Below are positions 1 through 10,383 of a DNA stretch of 64,000 nucleotides, one piece after another. The translations under genes were made by a program, and so were the position numbers. Location: assembly GCA_000165425.1 (NCBI GenBank), contig CT868407.1, positions 1 to 64,000 on the forward strand, given 5' to 3'. The notes below the pieces were generated by a model that worked only from the letters and a program-made list of their open reading frames with translations, did not search any database and had not been told where the DNA came from. The first letter of the stretch is position 1; the number at the start of each line of letters is the position of its first letter. The stretch is from Paramecium tetraurelia. Lineage: Eukaryota.

Positions 1-1725
1 TTTTCCAAATATGCTTTATGAATTTTACAAAAGTAATTATCTGATTCAAATGTATAATTGGCAAAAGAAAAAGTATATAAAACATGATAAAAATGAAAAA
101 GAATAACAAAATAAAAAGGAATAATTGGACAATAAGGATAATAATGTTAATAATGAAAAGGAATAACAGGATAATCATGAAAAGGAATAATAGGATAGTA
201 AAGAAAAGGAATAACAGGATCGCATTGATAATAATGAAGAGTTATTATCGGATAATAATGAAAAGGAATAACAGGATAATAATGATAATAAGGAAAAGAA
301 ATAATAGGATAACAATGTTAATAATGAAAATGAATAACAGGATAAAAATGATAATAATGAAAAGGAATAATTGTATAATAATGAAAAGGAATAACAGGAT
401 AATAATGAAAATTAACAACAGGTTACCTAAACTGATGTGGAAAATTTGGATAAAATTAATTATTTTGAAATTGCTGTTGAAGTTTGGAATAAAATGGAAG
501 TGATTCAATTGCTATCCAATTTTTCAACCCTAATGAATTAAGTGATCTTAACAACAAAAAAAATTTATTTGAACACTTTAAACTCTTCAATAATGTATTT
601 GTAAAAATTATAATTCAGAAAGAAAGAATAATTGATGTAGTTTGTAATGCATTATATGAACTCAATCTTACAAATTTTGACTTTTATGATGAATTTATTA
701 ATTAACATCATTATCAATAAATAGACAAGTAGAGAAATTTGGGAAAATAAATTCAGATTGATCGGTTTTTACATGATATAAAAAAATATTCAACCAAACT
801 TGCTAAAGTAATGAGCACAAAATAAATGACATAAGTTTAATATATATAATAAGGGTTTCTATATACAGAAGAAAAAGAAGAGGAGAAATGGTAAAATGAA
901 TTTTTTAATAATGATGATCTTTAATTTGGTTCCTATAAAAAGGATTTAAGGAGTTGTTCGCTAGTCTAATAAAAAGGTACGAACTTTTAATTTAAGAGTT
1001 CTACATAGCAGCTGATTTATATTCTGTACTAGTGGTATCGAAAGAACTTAACAAGCAGACATTCGATTGGATATTAGAATAGCTATCTATAAAGAATAAT
1101 TGTTTTAAAAATTGTTTCGAACATCTATTAATTTAAATGAATCAAGAGAATCTAATCAAATTTGATGTTTAAGTTTTTGATAGACAATAGAAAGTCGATG
1201 CTTTTAAAAAAAGTATTGAGTCAACTCTAAACCTTTTGAGAATCTTGAATAAACATGAATTTTTTAAGGAGAATTATTCCTCCTGAAACATATGTAAAGC
1301 CTAGAAAGTATTTAATATAAAAATTAAAATAAGAATAATAGATAATTGAGTTTCTGGTGTATTTAACAGCTTCTGATACCACATTTATATAGGGAAGATC
1401 AAACTTGCTGAATTTATTAGTTGAGATGAAAGTTGATCTAACTAGTCACAATTTTGAGAAAATTAGGATCTAAAATACTTCCTTAATTGGAGGGAATATT
1501 CTTAATTGTAATTTAAGTTTCCTGAATTTACTGATTTGAACATAAATGGGATTAATCTAAATAGAGCATAAATGTTTTGGTGTAAGAATAATAAATATAT
1601 TGATTGAATCAATTTCTCTCCTGATGGTATTACATTAGCATCTGGTAGTTCAGATAACTCTATCCGTTTATGGGATGTTAAGACAGGATAATAAAAAGCC
1701 AAATTTCACAATTGTCAATTCGCAT
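1..1725 (+). pseudogene. Degenerate 3' half of a Paramecium NACHT/pentapeptide/WD40-family gene (5' end outside window)
   Basis: Code-6 translation gives family-typical blocks: NLTNFDFYDEFINQ, KWQNEFFN..FGSYKKDLRSCSLVQQKG, EFYIAADL, GRSNLLNLLVEMKVDL..NFEKIRIQNTSLIGGN, INGINLNRAQMF, and one WD40 repeat FSPDGITLASGSSDNSIRLWDVKTGQQKAK (1613-1703). Consecutive blocks lie in different frames, with shifts near 500, 993, 1284 and 1520. The NACHT Walker A motif is not in the window. Confidence 0.75.
84..420 (+). repeat. Coding minisatellite, ~24-nt unit GAAAAGGAATAACAGGATAATAAT (EKEQQDNN in code 6)
   Basis: About a dozen imperfect tandem copies are directly visible, some with 9-nt GATAATAAT/GTTAATAAT spacers. 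The track ORFs 84..503 and 245..508 are off-frame or antisense readings of it. Confidence 0.9.
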
Positions 1726-2049
1726 ATATATATATTGTAAATAAGCATTCTAGTTTTCAAGTAAGCGAATCAATTTAATGGATGCATGATCTACAATATT
1801 CGACACTGGAGAAAAGAGGAAAAAAAAGAAAAAAAAAGGAAACGTTTTAGGAGAATTAATTGATAAAATTAAAGAAATTCTAAAGCGAAATTTAAGAATT
1901 ATGATTTTTTTTGTAAGTGTGTTAAATTGATAAATAAATATAAATAAAATAATAATTTAAATCTAAAGCCTAAAATATAAACTAAGATATGTTAAATTTA
2001 AGGTTTTTTAAATTTTCGTTTTCCAATTTTATGATTAGTGTTGAATTCT

Positions 2050-4060
2050 ATTTGACTTTATGCATATAAAATAGCAAATTTATTCAGTACTCCTCTACAA
2101 TGAGTTATATTGATATCTATCAAAATATACAAAATTTGGATTATTTTAATTTTGAAGCTTTTCCTTCTAAAAGGTTTTTGCTTTTCTCACATTCATTAGA
2201 TCAAAAATTTATTAACATCTTATGTAATATCATCTTCAAAGAATATCTATTTAGGTTTTCCACATGTATTCCAAAATTGTATCAAGCAACTTTAGGTAAG
2301 ATTTAGTAATGAATTACCCATCAATAAATTTTAAAACAAATTAAATATGAGGATTTTCATATGCATTTTTTATTCCATATTAATTTATTTATGATCCATA
2401 TGTCAATTAGTTGAAGATTATCTAAATCATTCATATCATTCCACAAGTCATTTGAATATTGTTATTCATAGGAACATTTTCAAGAGACAATTTGTAATTT
2501 GGATTATCAAAAAATTAGAATTAAACAAATTCTTTTTAACAATACATAATACATCAAGTAGAAACCCATATAAATTAGTTAATTTTAATCTAAGCTTTAA
2601 AATGTTCAATCTTTAATAGTGTAGAAATTAAAATGAAACCTATTGCTTTTAAATTTCTTTTAATTTTTCATATTGTATTTAAGCTATTGAAAAATTTAAA
2701 ATTCATTCTTCTTTTACTATTCAAATTATTCTAACTAAAAATTTTATTATTTACTAAGCCTTATAATTTTAATGATGGTTAGTGAGTTTTGGAAAAATTC
2801 TTAGAAGTTGAGATTTATTTTTTTTAATTATGAATTTTGCTTGGCTTTTTCTATTGTGGTATTAAAATAAGTATTTTATTTGACAAAATTTTGATAATTC
2901 TCATAATTTTCCTGAATTAAAGTTAGCAATTTATTAGAAATGATTAAATCAAGAAATGGTTGAATGTTGCAAACTGTCTAAATATATTCATTTTTTTAGG
3001 GTTTTGTTAAATAAGAACAAAATGTGAAATAGATATCATCAGTTTTTTCATTCATTAAAAAGTCTTTAAGCAACACTAGATTTTCCCATTCTATGAAAGT
3101 TTCTTATAATATTAATTTATCAATTTAAGTTAATTCTTTATTTTTAAATTTATTAAGCAAAACCAAAGCTTAGTCACTGCTATGATTCAATTACATTAAA
3201 AACCCTTTATTCTGATATTCCTTCCACATGTAATTTGATTTGGCTTCAAAATTGAAGGGTCTAGTAAGCTGGTTTAATTTTTTTTTTGTGAAAAGAGGAT
3301 GATAAGTTATGATTTTTCCAATCATTTAATTCCACAAAAAATGAATTTTCCAATTACTTGAATTTTTCACAGGATATTCATGTATTTTTTCAATTTGCAA
3401 TAGAATTTCTTTCAAATTCTATCTGTCATTTTTCAAATTATTTATGATCTCCCATTGCAACATATCTATTTAAAAATAATCTTCATATTATTTTCTATTT
3501 TTCTAAACAGCATTATTATTTTATAGCAGAACGACTCCCTCATACAATGATATTAACAAATCAACACTAGTTTTTCATATCAATTATTGAGTTAATGATA
3601 CCATTTAACAACCTTTAAAATAACATCCCTTTTTTTACCATTATTTGGGGCCATTTGATAAGAAGTTTATGTTAGAAAAAGGTAGAGTTCCAATTATATT
3701 TAAATTAAATCATTTTTCTCTATTTCCATTTCTAATCTAATTTTATCACAAATATCTAAAAATTACTTCTAAGTATCATAGTTCATAAACCTTTACTCTT
3801 TTCTCATATGGAAACTAAATATCACTTTGCATACAGATGCTGTTATCCTTAAGATAAATAAACATTAAAATGAATCCGTTCTAATGTAGATTAAACAACT
3901 TTTCAATAATTTTTTAGATTCCATCAATTATTAAGTTGTATGATTTCATAACCTTTTATTTATTCTTGATAAGTTGTAAATATTTTCCTCTAAAAAAAAA
4001 AGCCATTATATGGCTATCATTATCTAATGTGGATGTTACTTCATTCAATAGGCCTAACAT
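2050..4060 (-). pseudogene. Degenerate N-terminal region of a Paramecium NACHT-WD40-family gene
   Basis: Minus-strand code-6 blocks resemble this family's N-terminus: KSYNLIIDGI / LLKSCLIYIRTDSFQCLFILRITASVCKVIFSFHM, YQMAPNN, MLQWEIINNLKN, SSNWKIHF, MIGKIITYHPLF. They are joined by frameshifts (e.g. the T6 run at 3910-3915). Boundaries are approximate and the family assignment is from recognition, not a search. Confidence 0.55.
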
Positions 4061-5152
4061 TTTAAATAAAAATATAAAATTATAAATCATCGCCAGCATA
4101 AAAAAGATTTTCAACTAACATTGTTATACTTTTTATTAATGAATATAAAAAGTTCGCCTATAACATATGCACAAATTAAATCTCATATTTTTTACATATA
4201 GATATTATTTTACAAATAATCCTTTATTTTAGCTACTCACATCTATTAAAACATTTTTGATTTGTAAATGCAACTAACAATTGTATTAAAAGTCCATTTT
4301 TTTTCCAAAAAGAAATAGGTAAAACTAAAATCATTTATTATTCTTACTATGATTATCCCATTAACTCACAAGAGATTTTTATTACTGAATCATATAACTA
4401 GTTTAATTTTTCTATTTTTATGAAGCCTTTCTGTATTGGAGAGTCCTGGTTTTTTAAATGGAGTATGAATCTTTAAAATAGAAGAATTTATAGTAATCTA
4501 CTCAATGGTGTAAAAGCTAGTGAAAATTAATTATGAGAAAACAGATACTCAGTATAGATCTTCTTACAATTAAAAACTTAATTATAAAAAATTGCATTTC
4601 AGAGTATTTTTTTTTAAATCAGCTTCAATTTTATTTTACATATTTAACAACTATCTCATCTATTATACTAGTTGGTTCCGATATATTGAAAAGATGAAAA
4701 ATAGGATTAAATGAAGTGCCATTACTTTTAACTGCTAGATAAAATTAGACTTCTTTAATGTCTCTGGTTTCCTAAAGTCATGGTTGGCAAATTCAAATTT
4801 CTAAACCTGAATAGATATGAAACATTTTTCATTTTAGGATCAATTTCCCATAGTCATACAGTATTCGATTAAGGGCTTTTTCTCAATATAAAGATTTCTT
4901 AGAAAAGTACAAGTGCTATGGGACCGAAGGATTTGATATCTTAAATTAATTAGCCATTTTATTTTAAGAATATGATTTCACTACTTATAATCCTTTCACA
5001 ATTCAACCGTAAAAAATAACTTTAATCATGATTAAGAATTCTTAATGATTTAAAATTTTATTCAAGATTTAAGGCAATTCAAATTGTTATTTTTATTTAA
5101 TACTTGAACTTTATTTTTTTATCTAATTTTTTTAACTAAAAAATTACCTCAA

Positions 5153-8100
5153 ATGTCTTAAGTTGAGGAAGAAGATCAAAGGCTGTTTTCTGACGACTCA
5201 ATCTAAGAAGAAGATGAAGATGAAAATTAAAAATTGGATAATGATGATATTTGGAAAGTACTTCATATGTTCTTTTAAACTCACGGATTAGTGTCTTAGC
5301 AAATTAATTCGTATGAAAGCTTTGTAGAAAATATCATTAAGTATGTAAGAGGCCATGAAGGAACTTTTGTGGTAAGAGTGAAGCCTTAATATAAAGAAGA
5401 GGAAAGAATGGATGGTATTAAAAATAATTATTTTTAGCATAAACTGAATACTTATATTAATTCTAGATATAAAGATGCTTTATGGGAAAGAAGAATATCC
5501 ACATTGACAAATTCGAGGAGGAAATATTTCCAATGATTGCAAGATTAAGAGATTTGACCTATTCAAGATAACTAAAAATTGACTTGGAAGTTACTATGTA
5601 GTAGAGAAATAAACGTGATGGTTCGATAGAAGAAAAGAGCAAATAAACATTTAAAGGATTGCCATTCTTTAAACTCCCAATTATGGTTCGAAGTCGATTT
5701 TGTTCTTTGCCAAAGGATCCTAAGGACCCGGAATAAATTTAATAAAGAATTCAAAGTGGTGAATGCGGATTTGATTAAGGTGGATACTTTATATTACGAG
5801 GATCAGAGAAGGTTATTGTGGCTTAGGAGAGAATAGCTAATAATGTGGTTTTGGTTTTTAAAAGTAAAATAGTAAATAAGCCATGGGTGGCAGAAATAAG
5901 ATCTCAGCCAGATTTATGGTCAAATCCCAATAACTTTAAAGTTGAACTGAGATACATCTAAAATACTCCTGTTATAAGATGTAGCGTGAAATAATTTAAT
6001 TCCACATAAGGAATACCTTTGTTCACTCTTTTTAGAGCTTTGGGAATTAGTAGTGATTAAGAGATTTTAGAAAGAATAGTGTATAATTTAGAAGATGAAT
6101 AAATGGGGCCTATGTTAGAAATGCTATATGGATCATTATAAGAAGGAGGTGAATATGAAGACGAGGAATTATGTTTGAGATGGATAGGAAATAAAATAAA
6201 GAAGGCTGAGAATCAAGATCCTGAAACTTTAATATAAGAAGCTAAGAAATTAATAAATAAAAATATTTTACCTCATATTGGTGTGTCATCAGAGAGTAGA
6301 GACAGAAAGGCATATTTCATTGGATATATAGTACATCGATTATTGAATGCTTCATTAGGAAAAACAGATCAAGATGATAGAGATCATTATGGTAAAAAGA
6401 GATTAGACATGGCTGGTGCTATGATGATGGGTGTTTTTAAGACTTCTTTCGAATCATTTAAATAAAATGCTAAAAAAGCCTTAGAAAAGTACATCAATGG
6501 AGGTAGGAGAGGCAAAGGTCAACAAACAAGAATAGAGAATATGAGGCAACCAGATGATATCAAATCATTTTTTGATGGGGAGCAAATATCAAAAGATATA
6601 GATAATGCTCTAGCCACCGGTAATTGGGGTAGAAGCAAAGAAGGATAAGTAGTGAAAACAGGTGTTGCTTAGACTTTAAAAAGAGAAACCTCTTTATTTG
6701 CAACCCTAAGCCATTTAAGAAGAATGAATGCTCCAATAAATCCATAAATGAAATTGAGTAAACCAAGATAACTTCATAATACTCATTTTGGTTTTATTTG
6801 TCCAGCTGAAACACCTGAAGGATAAAAAATTGGTATTGTCAAAAACTTATCATTAATGACAGCTGTTTCAAATGATTTATAGCAAAAAGATAAAGAAACA
6901 TTATTGAAATTAATTATGGTTTTGAAATAAGATGTTTTTGATTTTCAATTATTGTAAGGAGACTTTTAGGCTTAAGATATTCCTAAAATGACCAAAGTAT
7001 TAGTGGATGGTAATTGGATTGGATTTACAAGAAACCCAGAATAGTTTATTTAAGAATTTAAAAATTTAAGATCAGCAGAAGAAAGTTTTATCCCTATTGA
7101 AGTATCAATCAATTTCGATTATGTGAATAAAGAAATCAGAATCTATACAGACGCTGGAAGATGTATGAGACCATTATTTATCGTTTAAGATAATAAATTA
7201 AAATTAAAGAAAAATTAGCTTAACTCATTTACAGATTGGGAATAATTGCTGTAAAATAAATGTGTTGAATTACTCGATGTTGAGGAAGAGGAAGGATCTT
7301 TGATTGCAATGGATCTTAACATAATGACAAGAGGAACTTAAAATTTTAAGAGATATACACATTGTGAAATTCATCCATGTATGATGTTTGGAGTTTGTGC
7401 CTCTGTTATTCCATTTGCCAATCATAATCAAGGACCTAGAAATACTTTACAAAGTGCCATGGGTAAACAGGCTATGGGGTTAAACTCAACTAATTTTAAT
7501 ATTAGATTTGACACTTTGGTTCATATTCTGCATTATCCTTAAAAGCCATTAGCATCCTCAAAGGCTGTGGATTTCATCACAGTAAATGAAGTACCTATAG
7601 GAATTAATTGTGTAACATCAATTGCATGTTTTACAGGATATAATTAAGAAGACTCTATTATTATAAATTAATATGCTATAGATAGAGGATTCTTTAGATC
7701 AGTCTTTTATAGAACTTATAAAGAATCTGAAGACAAAGACCCTGACAATTTCACAGAGACAAAAATTACAAAACCACTTGGAGACAATTATGCGGGCAAA
7801 CTATTTATTAAGTTGGACAGCGATGGAATTGTGCCACCAGGAACCAAGGTGGATGAGGAAGAGCCCATTATTGGAAAAGAATTAATTATTGATAATATCA
7901 TGTTGAATACAGCTAATGGACAGAAAAATACCAAAGAATGCTCATTATTAACAAGAAGAGCAGAAAGAGGAGTAGTAGACTCAGTTTTAATCAGTGAAAA
8001 TTAAAAAGGATATAAGTTAGTGAAAGTAAAAGTAAGATCATTGAGAATCCCATAAATTGGAGATAAGTTTTGCAGTAGGCATGGATAAAAAGGAACGTGT

Positions 8101-8872
8101 GGAATGACCTATAGATAAGAAGATTTACCATTCACACTTGTGGGTATATCTCCGGATTTAACCATTAATCCACATTGTATTCCGTCTAGAATGACTATAG
8201 GTATAATTTTAATTTTCTATCAAATTAGGGCATCTAATTGAATGTTTATCATCCAAATTAGCTTCAATAAAAGGACAATTTAATGATGCCACTCCATTTG
8301 CATAGATTTCAGTTAATGATATAGCAAATAAATTACATGAAGTCGGATGGTAGAAATGGGGCAATGAAGTAATGACTAACCCTTATTCTGGCAATATGTT
8401 TTAAATTCCAATATTTGTTGGTCCAACATACTATTAAAGATTGAGACATTTAGTGGATGATAAAATGTATGCTCGTTCTAGAGGACCTGTTACAGGAATT
8501 ACAAGACAACCTACTCATGGTAGAAGTCGAAAGGGAGGTTTGAGATTCGGTGAAATGGAAAGAGATTGCATTATTTCACATGGTACACTATTTAAATATT
8601 CTTTAGGAACTGCCAAATTTTTAAAAGAGAGAACTTATGATGTATCAGATGCATTCAGAGTTCATGTTTGTTCAAAATGTGGATTATTTGCAGTTGCTAA
8701 TTTAGAAAATCAAGAGTTTTATTGTAACATTTGTAAGAATACAAATCAACAAAATTAAATTTATTAAGTCTTAATGCCATATGCAGCAAAGACATTAATT
8801 TAGGAATTAATTTCAATGAATATTGCTCCTAGACTAAAATTTGATTAATCAAAATTAAGACATGAAATCTGA
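5153..8872 (+). CDS. RPB2: RNA polymerase II second-largest subunit
   Basis: Motifs [87 protein letters not shown] and the C-terminal Zn ribbon CSKCG..CNIC. Introns at 5415-5437, 8201-8228 and 8583-8606. Ends at TGA 8870-8872. Confidence 0.96.
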
Positions 8873-9068
8873 GATAGTATTTGATAAATTTAGAGATATA
8901 ATCATATATAAAAATTATAAATCTTAGTAAATTATTAGCATAAGTTTTTCGAAGTCTTTTTCTTTTTTGATTTCTGGATTGAATTAAAAGGAATTTGGGT
9001 GATCTGATCTCTTTTTTTAACTCAATAAAAGAGTTCAAAAATCGATTCAAGGGAAAAACAATATATAT

Positions 9069-9180
9069 TGATGTTTATATTGAAATTCCAACACTCACTT
9101 CACTAAGCACGCCTTCCTCCTAATTTAATAGGCAGTCGTATTAAAAAAGCTTTTAACTTTTTTCACTGTTATGCCTATAG
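9069..9180 (-). ncRNA. Candidate box H/ACA snoRNA/scaRNA
   Basis: On the minus strand: hairpin AUAGGCA..UGCCUAU with an internal loop and A6GU/GCU6 upper stem, then H box AAAUUA (9121-9126), a G-U-rich second hairpin, and ACA (9072-9074). Length is ~112 nt. Folded by eye only. Confidence 0.5.
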
Positions 9181-9219
9181 TGTATGATTATTGGAATTGA
9201 TGTAATGTACATAATTTTT

Positions 9220-10274
9220 TCAATTTTTGGTTGATACTTCCCAAACTAAGATTGATCCATCAGTGAATCCTCCATAGAGTTTGGCACCATTGGCATCAAG
9301 GGCAACAGACACTGCTCCGTGCTTTTAAATCTTTTTCACTCCTCCAGCAACCGAAGCTAAATGATTAAAGTACAATAAGTACTTTCAGTGTGGTGATCTA
9401 ATGTAACAATTGGTGTCTTGGTTTCAGCCTTTTCTTCTTATGAAATTTACCAAACTTTGATACCATTTTCTGTGGCAGCAACAATCCAATTTTATTATGG
9501 ATGGAAAGCGAGCTAATAATTTGATAAATTATTTACTTAGTTAATGATACCTCCTGCATCATATTCAAAGGCTGGTTTCTTCAAATCTGTAATGTTCCAA
9601 ATGTACAATTTCTTATCCTTACCTCCTGTTGCAATGTATTCACCAGATGGGTTGATTGCAACACTGTTGATTTAGGAATCATGAGCCTTGAATTAGAATC
9701 TGATTGTGAAGTTTTAATTCCAGACTTTGAGCCAACCGTCCCAACCAACTGTAACAAAATATGGTTGAATGTTTTTGATGATTGGTGAATATCTAACAGA
9801 ACTGATCCAATCAGAGTGGAAATGGTTTGTTTAGGTGAGCTTTTCTTCAGCCTTAACATTGTACAATTTGAATTTTCTTTCAGCTCCACCACAAAGAATT
9901 TATCTGTTGTCTGGACTCATGGCACATGTGAAGATTTCCTTTTTGTTTCCAACAAATCTGTTTGTGCATGTTCCATTAACCAAATCCCAGAATCTTAATT
10001 CCTTGTCCCAAGAGGCTGATAACAAATATTTATTATCATTTGACAACACTAAGTCACTTACGAAATGGGAGTGTCCCTTCAATTGTTTTCTTGGTTGACC
10101 AGCCAAATCACCATCGGGTTGTTTGAATAATTTCCAAACAAGAATGGATTTGTCTCTTGAACCTGAGATGACTAAATCAGCCAAAGTTGGGTCTTAATTG
10201 GTAATGATAGTGGTAACCCAATCACCGTGACCTTTCAAGTATCCGAGCTGTTTGAATTCAACCTAATTTGCCAT
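9220..10274 (-). CDS. RACK1: RACK1/Asc1 ribosome-associated 7-blade WD40 protein
   Basis: N-terminus MANQVEFKQLGYLKGHGDWVTTI, SGSRDKS, LKGHSHFVSD, SASWDKELRFWDL, HSDWISSVRYSP. Introns at 9513-9536 and 9357-9382. Confidence 0.93.
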
Positions 10275-10383
10275 TTTTCTCTATATTTTATAAAAAAGAT
10301 TTAATTTTCATTTCAAATTTACATGCATTTATATATAAAATATATGTGATATTATTTATATATTTTTAATATAATGATGATTT

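Noticed and set aside
84..508. Track ORFs with MKRNNRII repeats (+) and an I/L/F-rich antisense ORF; CRISPR-like appearance of the repeat
   Set aside because: These are off-frame or antisense readings of a coding minisatellite. There are no unique spacers and no cas genes, and the context is eukaryotic.
4330..4960. Possible minus-strand gene starting MANQFKISNP
   Set aside because: It hits TGA after ~24 codons with no plausible intron. It is probably decayed sequence and no product can be supported.
9128..9178. SECIS element in the RACK1 3' region
   Set aside because: Helix geometry does not fit a GA-quartet SECIS and RACK1 has no in-frame TGA. An H/ACA layout fits better.
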